DNA from: Auanema rhodensis
Taxonomy: Eukaryota; Animalia; Nematoda
Assembly: GCA_964057225.1 (NCBI GenBank)
Contig: OZ059899.1
Coordinates: 5,022,001-5,086,000 of the forward strand
Direction: 5' to 3'
DNA length: 64,000 nt
The notes beneath the pieces were generated by a model. It was given only the letters and a program-made list of their open reading frames with translations. It was not told the origin of the DNA and did no database searches. Position 1 is the stretch's first letter. Each line of letters starts with the position of its first letter. Shown piece after piece: positions 16,219 to 31,900 of this stretch. The position numbers and the translations under genes are program-made.

Positions 16219-17640
16219 TCAAACTTCTGTAGCACTCGTAATAGGTTTTGTCAAATGCTTAATGCGCATAACATCCTGAAACATCCTCCTGGTTTTTTTC
16301 AAAACTTTAGGTGGAAGCAGTACTCTTCCAGTTGATTCAGAATATATATGATATCTGGATTGATTGATGTTGGAGTTTATAGCTTTTCCTTCCTTTTGAG
16401 GCGGCCGATTACAGTTTAAAACGTGTTGGGAATCGCCATAATCTAACATGAATTTTAGAAAATTAGTTCATCACTTTCTGTAATCCCAAACTAAAGTACT
16501 TAGTATCTGTAGTTCTAGTAGTTTTACATAAATTCTTGCTAATCATGCTGAATTTAAATGATGAAAACATTTTGTTAAATTTTACACCCCCTTTCCAGCT
16601 GTTTATATGAGTAATTTCATAACGATTATGCGTACACATAATTAACAGCTTCTTGTTTCGTTCCATTTGTCATTCTGTAGTAAAATATATATTCCTTTGT
16701 TTTGAATGAAAGTATGGATTTAATGTTGCTTTTCTTATTTCTTCGTGTGAAAATATTCTAAGACATTTTATATAATTATCTAGTATAAATGCACCGGCCC
16801 CGGTCTACAAACATATAATTTTATTTCTAATGCAAAGCATACGGGATATGGATATTAGGCTCTAAGTAAGAGTGAGGACGGCATAAAGTACCGTAATTGG
16901 GTTAAGTAAACATGAAAAAATAGCAAGCCGCTGATGACATGTGTAGAGAGATCAGAAGACGAAACGGAAAACGGATTAAATGGTCGTACAACTACCGGAA
17001 AGATGGCAATATCATTGATGCGGAAAGTTGAACATCAATAGACAGCCACAGTCACACAGCAGAAAACGATGATAGATCTAGGCAAGACAAGAGATTTGCA
17101 ATATACATCCGTATGTACATATCTATGTATGTACCTGTTAGTTTTCTGTGTAGATTGAGGATAACATGTTGAAGGACAATCGTTCTGATGACACAAACGG
17201 ATGGCGAAATGTCATTTCAGATCATTTCAACGACAATGCAATATACATATAGATAATGTAGAAAATTAAACAAGGATTTCATTAATTTGAATTGAAAATT
17301 GTATTTAATCTCATAAGAGAATCAAACGCTGGCTTGATTTTTACGAAACTGTAGTCAGTACGCTGACGGCTGGCTAACCCATAACGTCCTTGAAAAGCTC
17401 AGTGGGGCTCTTGAGTTGTTGAAAATCAAATTACAAGCTCTTCCTTGATTCGACAAACCCTTCATCGATCTGTTCATCTTCTTTGATTCTCGTCCAGCTC
17501 TCAATTTAAGTTCTGCCCATCTGTTCTGTGGCTTCTTTCCAAATTTTTTGATCTCAAGCATGACACTTCTCTCTTCCCAGTCGTATTCATCAATTTCTTT
17601 CTCGCTGACTGTTTCCGATAAGACAGTCTCAAAGAAATTT
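16219..17640 (-). other. Possible fragmentary coding exons or degenerate element on the minus strand
   Basis: Three minus-strand stretches read like protein (17355-17640 ETVSEKEIDEYDWEERSVMLEIKK..., 16463-16666, 16219-16449), but I could not join them into a consistent spliced model. Confidence 0.2.
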
Positions 17641-19002
17641 AAATTAAGCGGCAAAAGAATCCCTACGACTGAATCAGCTTGCAATTGAATCAGATAGTCA
17701 GCATGCCTGCAACAGCAGTAGCAGCAGCTCAACGATAGCTATAGGATCTATCGAACGACATACGTGTCCCAATAGTGGCTTGAGGCTCCTAAATACCATC
17801 TGCGACATAGTCTCAATTACAGAATAGATGGAAGCAGGTCGAAAATCATAAAACTGTATGTACAATGATTACCAAATCTTACATATTCAATAGCTGTAAC
17901 ATGAAACTGACTAATAGGTATTTGGGATTTTTTGTATAAGAATAGTAGTATTAGCAATCATCACCGTGATCATCATCATCATCATCATCATCCTAATGTG
18001 TCACTGTTCTAAGACCTTTGGACATTTTGAAAACTAAAAGCATAATGCTCATCATATATACATATATACATATCATCATGATGATCAAGAAAGTTTCAAA
18101 TATAAATATATATAATCAAATGTTTTTATATGAATTATATATATATATTCAAATAACAATATAACGTTATGCTATAATATCATTATCGTCAAAATTTTCT
18201 ATATGGTCTGATTTGATGAAAAATGTTTTTTTTTTGTTAAGAAAATCAGGTAAGTGTTACGAAAAATCTTAGAAATTATATGAATTGCATAGTAAAAGAT
18301 GTTAAAAAGAGTTTGATGACTAACTATGAAAATTCATGTAAGAATAAAATATAAAGATTCAAATATTTGAAAAGAAAAGTTTTAACAAACAAGTTATAAA
18401 TGAATATTTTGGATGAGGAGAACAATTCGTTTTCTTTTTTATTTTTTTTTTGGAAAAAAAGGGGAAAATATTAATTCTTTCTTAATGAAAAACGATAGAA
18501 ATCCCTTTGAAGAAAATTATAATAATTTGAATTATACTTACTCGATATTAGTTGTATCTTTAAAGGCTAAAAGAGATGTCATACAATTCATATCCGTCGG
18601 CATATACTTCTATGAATAATCCATTTATAGGGTTTAAACTGCTATATAATATATGAATTTACAAATAATATACATATACTTCTATTATATATTTTTTTAT
18701 TTGTTAATAAATTAGAAAAAAAATCAATAAAGATAAATATATATATTGTATGAATATGTTAAATTTTAAATAAATATTTTTATTTAATTACTTAATTACT
18801 GTATTCATTATGTATTTTCATTTCCATTTATTCCGTTATATGAGCTTAGTTGTTCTGTTTTGTTGGTGACTGGTAAAGGCAATTGGTAGTTAGGCTTTTA
18901 TGGTTATGAAGAACACGATATTCAATCCGACATCCGGAAAGATGTGCTGCTGGTAAATCTTTACATCTCCATCTGTCACATCTTCGTCATCTTCTTGTTT
19001 CA

Positions 19003-19007
<5 letters not shown>

Positions 19008-19054
<47 letters not shown>
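19008..19054. repeat. (TC)n microsatellite
   Basis: Uninterrupted TC dinucleotide run of about 47 nt. Confidence 0.95.
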
Positions 19055-19059
<5 letters not shown>

Positions 19060-21501
19060 GTAAGACACTTTATAACTCTTATTTTCCCTTATTTTTTATA
19101 AGTATTATTTTTAAGTTTTTCATCTTCTATAGCTCTAGTGGATCATAACGTCTGAAGTTGGAAAATGATATAACAGCTTCATTCATTATTGAAAAACATT
19201 ATTATATAATATTGTCATCATATAAGGCTTAAGTTGAATGTTTTTATGCTCTAATGCTATTCTTTTCTTAAAAAAGGCTAAAATAGTTTTCATATATCAT
19301 CCATCTTAGATGTTCTTATATAGTATTTGTTAGAATTATAAAAAATAAAGAAAAGTTGTCAACACAATGAGTCTAATTACCACATCTTAAACTGTTTTCA
19401 TCAATCTATATTTATCTTGAATACGAACTCCAATCCACACACCATAACCAGATGAGGACAAGCGGACATGCTAACCCATCTGGGCTAATTAGGGGTAGTA
19501 GGAAAGAAGGGTATACAGACTGTGTGCCTCCTGCTGCACATCACATGAACGATATGTGCCTGAACGGCATGTACCATTAGTCTGTTAAAATAGAAAAAGA
19601 CAAGAGATGAGGCTAATCTTACATTTAGCAGAACAATTTATGTTATTCATCTTATATTATTTCCTTCGATGATGCTCGTTAATAGAAAAATAAATTATCA
19701 AAACTGAAATGCAGTTATATTTCCCATTATTGAAATTTGAAATAGTAAGATGAAAACCATAAAATAAGAAAAGAAAGAAACAACTCATTAAGCAATTAAG
19801 AAATAGCACCAGCTCTAATTAGAAAAACCTAAACTGTACATTAGTCAGCCAGCAGTTAGTCATATGGACATGAAAATGAACAAATTTGTTCGATATTTCA
19901 AATATCCAGAATACTTTTCAAGTTTATTCATGTGGAATAAACGAAGTGTCATATAACTATATATTCAAAAGTACAATTATATATAAATATATATATAATT
20001 ACAAATTTTAAATAACTAAATTATTAAATATTATTAAAAAGAAAAATAGAAATAAGTTGAAAATATAATTTCTAAAACTTTTAAAATAGAAATATCTTAT
20101 ATACATAAATATTCAATTTAGATATTGATTTCTTCTATTAAAGTTAACATATGTTATATTGCTTGTATTATATTATGTTAGTAAACATGATTTGAATGTG
20201 GCTTCTACTTTCTATCCGGCTAGTCATCCAACTAACGTCGTCTTCTCTCATATAGTCGAAACAATTGGCTAACAACCCTCATTAGCTGACATTGTGAGCG
20301 ATGAGCTTGTGGTGGTTTAGTGTTCACCCTAGATGATCGACTGTCACAAAGTAGTTACCCTCCTTTCGGCTGAAAAATTACTTTTTTTTTCTATAATTTT
20401 AGGTTGATATTATAAAAATTGTAAAGATCATGATAGGAAAAAGAAAATATCGTTCAGAGATTTCAATTTTTAGAGTTCAATGTATGAATGTTCTATAAGA
20501 AAACTTAGGAAGAGTTAACTTCCTACTGTTTTTTTTTCATTTAAGACATTGTATTTACATTTTATTCCAAGTTTGGCAATTCTTGTTGAATATGGTTCTG
20601 AATGGAATTATTGCGTGCCGTAGTGAATGTATCCTCAACATCATTGTCAAAGAATGTGATGAGAAGATTCCTTGTCATCTTCATCGCTTTTTCCTCAAAT
20701 TTTCTCACATTCTCATGTCTATGCCGTAAAATGACCAATATCTTCAAAAAGTTCATTTCTATCTATGTATGGATGCATGTGGTATATGAGAAGTCATCAA
20801 CTCATTTGAATGGCTTTGTCTTCATGCGGCCCCGGGCAAAATCTCCTTCTCGTTGCCTTCCTTTCTCTTCCCCCCACCCATTAGAAAACCGTATATGTAT
20901 GTATGAAATATCTACTCTGTCATTCTCCTTTTTCCTTCATGAAAAGCTTCTTTGAATTTGAATTTTAAGTTTTGCAATTATCTTTAAATATTTTAACATT
21001 TACTATATATATATATAGTTTAAAATCTTAGTGTAAAATATACATAAAGAGATGATGATGATGATGCCGTAAAAAGCACTTAAACTTATTTTAAATTCTT
21101 ATACTTATGATTAGACAAATGGTTGAATTTAAAGACAATTTTGAAATAATTTATGATTTTTGAATATTATAATACTTACTTATTTATTATATTATATAGT
21201 TATATATATATTATATATATAAAGATATGTGACGAACAATATTATTTTAAAAATTTTTCTTTAAAAGAATGGTTGTGTTGTACAATTTTCTTTTGTTTAT
21301 TTGTTTACTCGTCGGCTTTTTTTTTAAAACAAAATTTTTATGAAAAGCTTTATGTAGCCTTAAAAGGAAAAGCTGAGGTCATGCTCATTCATTGGATATA
21401 AAAGGATCTAAATGAATATGTCCGAGCTCGCGCTTTTGGTTATATAGAAGGTTGTATGATATGTAAAGAGAAAATCAGCGAGGTAGAGCATCAAAGAGAA
21501 T

Positions 21502-21506
<5 letters not shown>

Positions 21507-21581
<75 letters not shown>
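21507..21581. repeat. (AG)n microsatellite
   Basis: Uninterrupted AG run of about 75 nt; it produces the spurious poly-ER ORF 21500-21751. Confidence 0.95.
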
Positions 21582-21584
<3 letters not shown>

Positions 21585-23034
21585 GTAGAAGAGATAAGGG
21601 GCTTGAGGATGAGGTCATAGAACAATCATCTAATTTTCGTGTTGTTCACAAGGAAATCAGAAGAAGACCTCAAGAAGTACTCTCAAATTCGATGGCATGT
21701 GCTATATCCTCTTCCATTTCGCCTATCTCTAACAATCTTTCTTTCGTCTGACTAGATCATCTCCCATAAGTGTACGAAGAGGCACAAGCATAATACATCG
21801 TTTATATATCTATCCTCATACTTTATTCCTTTATTTCTTTAACTTTATAAATAAAATTCCATCTAAAAATTTGTAATATTTCTATATTCATCTTATTCAT
21901 TTTTAACTAAAAATATATATTTAATTGAAAATATTGTATAAATCCATCAATATCAATCAAATTACCACATTTACATAAATATGAACAAACTTGAAAAATA
22001 GTATTTCAATGAAAAATCGAAATAATTTTTGGAACAATATGTAATGAAGATGGTTCGGCTTAATCTCCTATAAATGGGATGATGACGATCAGTCGGTCGT
22101 TCAGACAAATGGATGAATGGCATACGCTCATCTCATCTCATCTCTTCTTTGCAAACTTCTTCATGTCCACTTCACTTTTTCTTTTTATGTTATTTCTATA
22201 TAAGCTGAGAGTCGTTTAAACATCATTTACAAACAACTTGACCCTAACAACTTACAGCAAAAAAAAAACTTTTTTTCATATAAAATGTAAAAAGTATATA
22301 TTATTCTTTCTAATATTATATTTTAGTTTAAAATTTGATGTTTTATGAATAAAAAACAAGCATTTCATTATGTCCAACAAACAAAATTGAACAAGTTCCG
22401 ATGACGTTATCGGAACTTTATTTAAATATTTCTGAAGATTTTTCATCTTTCCTCGTGATGTCATAAAACTTTGATTTGTTTGAAACTTTTATTTTTTAAA
22501 TTTCTTCATTTTATATTCAATCAATTCTTTGACTTCAATCATTTTACTATCAAATAGTGATGGAAGGTTAAGCCTGATGGCTGATGGACTCAGAATTGTA
22601 ATCTGAGATCCATTTCACGTCCACCTGTGATACTTCTTCCTCACATTATTATCATCATCATCATCATTTCTTTTGTAAATGACCGTATTTGGTCATCGAC
22701 CTTCTTTCAAATGACTTCTCGGTAGTTATTTCTCTCTACAATTCTCATAATCTTTTCTCATTTCTCTTGGAATAATTTACTTTTTTCCTCTTACTTTCCA
22801 TCTTCTCCATCCATCTCTCAATGCTTCTTCAGGAGGTCAAGCAAACATTTGCATAGCTGCTTCTGACTCAGACACCGAGCTTCTGACTGTTTTTCCAGAT
22901 GACCAGAGATATTACATAGAGAGATACTTAGAGACTTAGAGAGCTAGATAAAGATAGAGAGAGAAAAAGAGTTAGAAGAAAAATATCTCTCAGTTTCTCT
23001 CACTTCCCATAATATTCCTCTTTCTCTCTTTTAC

Positions 23035-23293
23035 CCCCCTGACGACATCACGTCCGAAGATGGCATACAGGCTCCGCCTACTGGTTGGGTGTATAAGGAA
23101 AACCCCGCCTCCCTACAACGGGTTCACGGTGGTATCCTGCTTAGAATGTGCCCGAGCAATAACTAGCCTCATAGCTAGTTGTGGACAGATTCGTAGACCA
23201 ACCGATATTAACTTTACCGTTCAAACTTCACTTCATTTACCTATATTTCTATTGATAACTCTACATTATATGAATTTATTTATTTTCTTACAG
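23035..23293 (+). promoter_or_regulatory. Probable promoter and outron of the astacin-like gene
   Basis: Local GC-rich island with CTCCGCC/CCCCGCC boxes and a GTATAAG TATA-like element near 23091. A TTCTTACAG acceptor ends at 23293, 33 nt before the ATG. Confidence 0.4.
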
Positions 23294-23325
23294 AGTAAGT
23301 TTATTAGACTTCTGCGCCTGTAGTC

Positions 23326-26300
23326 ATGCTCCGGATAGTATCTAGTCTTATTCTGCTTACAGTAAGTTTTATTTTCTTTTAACAATAATTGAAATATTTT
23401 ATATTTTAATAATATAAATATATTAATTTATTAATATTATTATTAAATTTTATATAATTTCAGGCATTTGTTAGAGCTAATAATATAGTTCCATATTATC
23501 TTCATACAGATAATGGTAATCATTTTTCTTTCTTTTTTTTTATTTATTTTCTTATATTTTCATCTTTTATTACATTTTTGTTTTCATTTAAATTTCAAAA
23601 TATGATGGTTTTCAAAGATATTTTGAAATTTTTGTCATTTGAAATTCATTCAAATATCGAACATAAAAGTTCAAAATTCGTATGTGTCATCTGAAACATC
23701 AGATGATGGATATAGCAAGAAGGCGACTAATATGAATTTTTTTTGTTTTTTCAATCATTCGAATGAATAATTGAAATATCATCAGCCTCATCTTCATCAT
23801 CCTCCTACACATTATCTTCTTAAACTTATATTATAAGCTTTTAGTTAACATAACAAATACATTGTAATAGTTTTTGTTTGACAAAGAAATAGAGACATAA
23901 CGTTTGTACTTTATTCGGTCAATTCAGTTAGCAACAAACAAATAAACAAATAGAAAACAAAAACATTAATTTGTTTTATAAAATAAGTTTAAACCAATGA
24001 TATTAGAAGCTAAAAACAAAGGTGTAGAAGCCTTACAAATACAATGAGAAATTAAGAAAATTTCTTACTACTTTCTTTCTTCTCACCGTCCGTCCTTTGG
24101 TCTACTCAATTCGTTCTACCATTCACTAATTTTACGGACAACGTCGTCCCTTTCCGAAAATTCAATTTGCTATCCAATTGCCGGTTCTTCATCTGGTCGG
24201 ATTTAGGCTTAGTATGAAGCTTCAGTCTTTTCTCTTTTCTTGCAATTAGAGAAAGAACAATATGTCGAAATATTTGCAATTGATAAATAGTTGTTTAGCA
24301 TGAAATGAGAACGATTTTAATCTGTTTTTCAACTATAATTTACAATTTCTTAATTAAATATGACTAAAGTTGTCCTTTTTTAAACTTTTTTTCTACTTTT
24401 CAAGAGTAATTTGAAGAAAGGAAGAACAACATATAGCGTCTTCAACTCGTTTTCTTAGACAAAAAGCCCAATTAGAGTGAGCTCGTAGTTCTGAAAATGA
24501 CAGGGCTAAACCTAATTTAGATGCTGAAAAGCTGACAAGTCTCAAGTTAAATGAAAATGAACTTTACGTGTAGATACATTGCTTTTGATTTTTTTGCAAA
24601 CCAAACTTGCTTAGTGGCTTGGCACATTTAAGGGCAATAAGGAAATAGCTCTTTATATTCGATATAAGATGAATTTTTCTTGGAAAATTTGTTTAACGGA
24701 AAAGTAAAATAAGAAGCCTAAGCTGATCGATGATCCATAATAGCGGCTCCTTGTCTGCTTTTGAGCAACAAATTATTAGTACTTATATGGTCTTGTCCTT
24801 CCTATTTCCCCTGAGGCTATCATCGTAGTTGAATGTATAGACGCAAGATAGCTCATGTCTTCTAAAGTTGTAAGCGCAGCAAACTGAAGATAGATGAAGA
24901 CAAACGACTATTTCAAAACCTCAAAATAGACTTTGAAAACACAGATTACGAAACAATAAAACAAAAATTAAATAAGTTAATAACTTATATCATATTATTC
25001 ATTAACTATATTAAAATATTTTTTTTATTTTCAGAAGTTCCCATTAATGAATGTGTTGAAAAGGTTATGGAAAATCTCATGGAATCGACATGCTTGTTCT
25101 TCCGTCAAAGTGGCGAAACTGATGCTCATCTGAACATTCTTCAATCTACGTAAGTTTTTATTATATCAAATGAAGTTAAATTAATTTTGTTTTTCATTTA
25201 ACTTTAAAAAAAGTAAAAAATGACATCATTCAATCAAAAATTTAGATTTAGTTTATGTTTTCGTTGAATCATCCAATAGAAAAAACTCTCTTTTGCTAAC
25301 TTTACTTATATTATCTTTACCTCACTTTCTCTCTCTCTTCGTCATTCTTTCTGTTATATCCAAGACTTTCTTTTGCTTGAACCATCTGGATTTAAAACTC
25401 TTTTCTTTCTAAAATCGAAACATAATATTCATTTCTATTCATTTTTTTTATTTCATGGCAGATGATGACATCATCTCTTTCTTTAAGTAAGATTCTTCAT
25501 TCATATATGGGTACATATACCTTTCACCTAATCTCCCACGTCGCACTTTTTTGAGACAAAAATCTTTCAAAATACTTTTTTTAAACTTTTCTTTCTTCTT
25601 TTCTTCATTTCTTTTGTCTTTTTTTTTAAAGAAAATTCTTCGTTTGAGTCTTACTATCATCAATAGAAAATTAGATTGAAAAAACATAAAATTCAAAAAT
25701 ATTTTATAAAATAAAATATTTTTTATAAACTTTTCTTATTTTAGTCATTGTGCTTGGCAAGCTGATAATAAAACTATTCATTTGAATGAAGAATGCATTT
25801 CTGATGAAGTTTGTTTCGAAATTCTTGGAAGAGCTTTAGATGTTCAACAACCACGTGCTCACATTACTCGTCATATCAACATTAACTATAACTGTACCGG
25901 TATGTTAATTATATTATATATATTTCTATATTATATATACATAGTTATAATATATGAAATAACTTAATTAGAAGTATTTTGGTAAAAGGCTGAGAGATAT
26001 AAACTCCCTCTCAACCCTCATCTCTCAATCAAAATCTCTATCCTTATGTCATCGGGTTAGATATTCAAAACGTTCACCCGTTCATTCGTTAGCTGAATTA
26101 GATTCTAAAATCCTTCAAGTCAAAGCAATCCTGATTCAGCCTTTTGATAGTCTTGAAGTTCTTCTTCTTCTCGTTAATGTTCTTCAAAGATTCAGATGGC
26201 TAAGATAATAGGCGAAGAATAAGGGAAAACGAGAAAGAGTGAATATATAGAAAGAGAGAGAGAGAGAGATAGAGATAGAGAGAGAATCTAGAGAATCGGA

Positions 26301-28931
26301 GCAAATTCATTCACTTCTTCATTTGTTCCATATGAAGAAGAGAAGAACAACTAAAGTATAAAGAGAATAAGAGAAATAGAGATATGAGAAGTAGTTTATC
26401 GTAATCGGATGCTTAACCAAAGAGATTTCGTGAAGCACAATTACCCATCTTCCATTTCTCAACTGATTTCAATTGTTCTGATTGCCTTATTAGGTAATTC
26501 AACAAGCTCTTTCTTCATCAATCTGCTTATGTTGACCAAGACGATGATGATGATGTAATCGAGCATGCAATTCTTTCCGTTTTTCATACTCAACCTCATT
26601 ATGGTCGGAAATTTAGAATCCGGATATGGACTATGTATCAAAACTTTCCGGAAATTCCTGATGGGACTAGAAAGACATCAAGAAAATCGTTGAATTAGGA
26701 AAGGGGAAGAAATGCTAAATCATCTATTCTATCCGTATACATTAGTCCTTACTATTCATACCGTAATCTACTTTAAAGGTATAGTAAGCTTATGGATAGA
26801 GAGGTAATGAGTCCTGGTGTTATGATTTGGGATCAAGAGGGCCATGTCGCATCTAATCTGTGTCTGACTGGATCAAGTGAAACGATCTCAATTCATTACG
26901 TATACAAGGATTTCAGTTACTCCAGCCAGATGACGTAATCAGCTCAGCTGGCTTAGTCCTTAGTAATCATAATGAAAACTGATTCCTTCTCTTACTTAAT
27001 CTCTTTCTCATTCAATAGACAGTATATACAGTCAATAGAATATGATCATTTGGAGTATATGATGGTCTGATGTAGCAATCATCAGCTTGTCATCTGAAGA
27101 GCATGATGCATTGGTTTAGAATTTCTTTCATTCCAATCAATGAGTTTATCTATCCTAATGTTTGTCAGTCTGACAATCTGCAGATACTTCAGTAGCATCT
27201 ATTCTGAAGTTCTATTGGTCAGTCAAACAGAACAAAACTGAGCATAAAACCTTACCGTCATACTTGAGATCGACAGCTTTCTCTCTCACCTAGTTTATGT
27301 GTACCATCTCGTAATCTCTTTGGCATCTCTCCTTTAATGCCATCAAATAGCTTAAACTAATAGAACATATAGTTAAATATTGAAAATATTATATTATGAT
27401 AGGAGTGTTGGCAGAGAAAATACAAAGAGACAATCAAAGTAAAAAAATCCTTTTTTTGCCTGCCCATGTGTATATTACGATCATTTTGTTTGTACAATTG
27501 AGCCACCTGACCATAGGAAGCCGACATCTCACGCACCTGGGTCAAGTACTTCTGGCTGCTCTCAGGCTACTATGTGAGAAGAAGAGAGGTGAAAATCAAA
27601 AAAAAAGAAGAGAAACGAAATGTATATGAAAAGGGAGAGTAACAAGCAAGAGACACACTCAAAATCGTTTTCTCTTTCATGTTGTTTTTATTAAAACAGA
27701 TGAACACATTGAACTACTTATAGAAATAACCTTTGATTTCTATCTAGATTACCGATACTTGACATTCAATTTTGAATCAAATATTTCCTTATATAGTTAA
27801 TTATATAAATATTATTTATTTTATAATATAGTTATAATATATTTGAACTATATTGTATATTAACTTTATATATTTTATATATGTTATAAGGAGATGTGTG
27901 TGTGTGTGTGTAAGTTGCTACCTGCTGAGTAAGTAGTTCGTTGGAATAGTTTGTTTCTAGAACTCTTCAATGAATATTTCTTTCTTCTTTTTTCTTTAAT
28001 AGGTTTACTAGTGCTTTTGTCTTTTCTTAAACAAATCATTCATATTCAACAACTATTCTTTATTACTTTTATAAACAAATATATAGTATATATAGTTAAC
28101 TTTCAAGATTTATGAAATACATACATGAGAGTATGTACATAAAACCATATTATTTGAAACTTAACTATGCTATGTCAACTCGATTTCCTTCAATCACATG
28201 ACACAAAGTGACCGGCTTATTGCGGAAATGGTCAGGATTATGATCGGAAGAGCATGAATACTGACCCTTCTGGTGTCTCTTCTTTCTTTCCGGCTATATT
28301 CAGCTATTCATAAGAATGAGACCCGGAACCGTCTGTCATGTGTTTTTAGTATTACGATTGAAACATGGTATACGATTAGCTTGTTGATGTGTCTTTCATA
28401 TAAATCACATATTATATAAACTTCAAATATTTATGTCAAAGTAATTCGGTAGATATTTCATTTACAAAGAAGAAATGAATTCAATACTGATGTGTGACAT
28501 GACAAGCTTCTTCTATATCCTTTGTTAATATTTGGAATACTAACTTGGATAATACTGTAGAAGTATTGTATGTAAGACGATACATCTTACTGTATGCTCA
28601 TCATCAAGCCATGTCCAAACTTCTTCTAAGCTTTTATTGGTTTTAGCTTCTTCTGTATCTCCAGACTATGGAGTCTATTGAAAACAGCAAAAGGATGTTT
28701 CTATACACTCATATTTCCATATAAGTTCTGAGAGAATAGAGAGTCTATTGAGAAACTAATGCTCAAAAGAAGTAAAGGTAAAGGTCATCGGGCTAAAGTT
28801 AGGCTTATTTGTTTAGCCGCCTGACAACAGCTTTCCCATCAAATTCACAGAAGCCAAAGGGAAAAGATAAACTTAGATATATAGAATAAAAAAGAATTTA
28901 ATAATTTTTTATATTAATTTATATAAATTAA

Positions 28932-28962
<31 letters not shown>

Positions 28963-31900
28963 AAAGATCCTATAACTTGAATCCTTTAACTAAAAAATAA
29001 ATAACGAATTCATAACATCATACTTTCATTGTCTTTCAGAAGATAATCTACTACTTGAACTTTGCATTTAATGAGATTAAAAGAATTTAAATTCATAATG
29101 AGAGTTCATGATAGTCTGTAAAGTAGAGGATGTATAAGGTATCCAATGATAATCCTATTCCATATTACTTGGAAAACCTATTTGACCCTGAGGTCTCTAG
29201 TCCAAGTGAAGTAACCTTGTCAATTAAATTGTTCTTCAGCAATACTATTATAATAAATTTAGTTATTGCTAATTACTTGGTTATAACCATTTTTCTCTTT
29301 ACTATATGAATAATTATTATAAAAAAATAAAAGATTTTCTTGGCACATAAAACAAGGGCTATCTCCAAGTAAAATTTTATGTTTTAATGATATAAACTAT
29401 AACTTCCGTTGATCTTTTAATTTGACCTTTCTAAGCGGAAATGGTATCTGACTCAACTTCAACTTTGTTTTTCTGTTGAATCATAAAACATGTTTGATGT
29501 TGAATAGTTGAGTTATAAGTTTTTCTTTCATGTTATTTGAAAAAATCTAAACGTATCTATAACGAAATCGAAATCTTGCTGAATCAGATTTCTTAATTTG
29601 AATGAATCAAGCTTGAAATCTACAGTTTCAATTATAAAGAATTGGACAGATGATCAAAATTATCCACATGAGTCACTTGAACTCCACTTAACAGCTTTCA
29701 AGCATTTTTTCAACAATTTCCAATTAGGACCAATTCTTCATCCTCTTATTTGTTCTTGTTCAAACCGACAATTCAAGCTTCTTACTCATCTAGTTTTCCG
29801 TAACAGGTGGCTTATTTCAACATCGTTTGAACGTTTTTAAGTAGTATCCGATGATGATTGATGAGATTTACAAGTCATTCTGTTGAGCGCTATAAATGAT
29901 TTTAATTGACATCATCTGTCTATCTACATTTGGTTTCCAAATTAAAATATAGTTACAATTCAACTGTTTCATATCTTTTTTATTTTCTTAATATCCTTTT
30001 CAAATTGCATAATAGTAACTAGTAGATGAAGAAACATCAATAATTCTTTTTCTACCTAAAAAACAAAATAAAATAAGACTAAATGGAATTAATGAATCAA
30101 GTTCATGTCCAATGTAAACCTGGGTTTTTACAAGCTTTAACATCTCTCTAAACTAGTTTAGAAGGCTTTCTTTGTACATATTGATTCTTCTTAATTTGCT
30201 ATAATGTCTGCAAATAAATAAAAAGAAATTGAGGCATTTGCGTGACCTGCTCAGCTGGTCATAACATACCGGTCAAAAATGTTCAAGAATGGCATGGTCC
30301 GGTATATATGTGGCTGACCTCCAGAAGTAATAATTTCTTTCATATTCCTTCTGCCTTATTTGAGGCTCTTTTTCATTACTCATTTTTATGAGTCTGTAGG
30401 CTTTTGAGTTTGACCGGAAAAACAGCCATTAACAAAGACATCATGTTTGAGTTTTATTGCACAAAAACGCAGAAGACAGATGCAAATGCTAAGGGGGGGG
30501 GGGCAGTATCTGATTAGCTTTGATCACATCATTCGGTTAGCGAATGATGCGAAAGAGATTATTTTTCTTTCATTTTCTTCTCTGCTGTTCTGTGACTAAT
30601 GGAATTGTGGGAAGGGCAATGAGTAATGCTACTTCAGGATGAATAGACTGGTAATCAGAGGTAGAGGACAGACACATTACTGAACGGTTCGTGTGAGAAA
30701 TCACGGTAAATCCGGAAATTTTGAGTCCGAAATGGGGGATAAGAATATTTAACCTGTCTATTAATTAAAAAGGAATGAGAATAAACAAAATATATTCTTT
30801 TAAAAACATAATTAATTGAAAGTTATCGCTCATTTTGTTTTCTTTTCAGAAAAATGTACTATCGAATGTTTACATGGTGGTGTCATATCTGAACCTGAAT
30901 GTGCTTGCAAATGCCCATATGGATTAACTGGAGAACGGTAAGATATTCGAACCAATATCGAATTAAATTTTTTTTTTCAGTTGTGAAAAGCTTGTTCGTG
31001 CTAATCTTTTCACTGATACTTCCTGCGGTATTGTTGATGTCACGGCCAGCGGTGATGGACAAATCTCTCTTTCAAGCTATCCAGAGGGAAGAGTAAAATC
31101 CACTTTCTGTCAATGGCTCATCAAGGTAAGCAATGTGTTAGATTTTAAAAATATATTTAGTTTTAAAAAAATATAATTAGTAATGTATATTCAGTAAATA
31201 GAACATATTTACATGGATATATAACAAATAATTATAATGATAATGAATATTAAATGAACTATTCGGAATTTCCATACAAATACATCTAGTTTGAGTTCAT
31301 TTAAGCGTGATAAGTGTTATTCACTCAATTAGTCGAAAAGAAGAGCAAAGTTGATTGATCTGATTCAATGCGGTAAAATCATTTGAATCAAGTTCATAGA
31401 ATGTATTATATATGACCTTAATATAGTTCATATGTACATGTAGTTAACAAGTAGAACTGGCAAATGACCTTACCTAGTTTATCCTGTTTGTAGAGATAGA
31501 TTATCAAATCAATTAACCATATGATGAATGTGTGAAACATACCAAATACAACTTTCTAGTACAGGGATCATCGAGTTCAACAAACTATCTAACTAGTATA
31601 ACTAATATCTTTATAATTATATATAAAGGTCATTTGATTGTCCATTTTATAAAATAGATTATGATGCAATATACTAGGGTAGGCTATGTATAAATATAAT
31701 TTTAAATATTGACACATATTAAAGTTAATATATTTATATTTTCAGACTGATGATTCATGGTCCGTAATTGATGCTGAAATTGAAAAGCTTGGATTAGACA
31801 ATGTTAACATTGCTCCCGGACTCGCCTGTAACGATTTCCTCATTGTTCACGGAACTGAAAATCCTGGAAAACCGTATGTTTTATTTCATAATTAACTTTG

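Noticed and set aside
21500-21751. ORF with a poly-ER run
   Set aside because: Translation of an (AG)n microsatellite; no splice or homology support.
22575-22625. Hairpin with TGAGATC (bantam/miR-58 seed) at the start of its 3' arm
   Set aside because: The stem is only about 11-15 bp with a 7-nt loop and has no continuous lower stem, too short for a Drosha/Dicer substrate.
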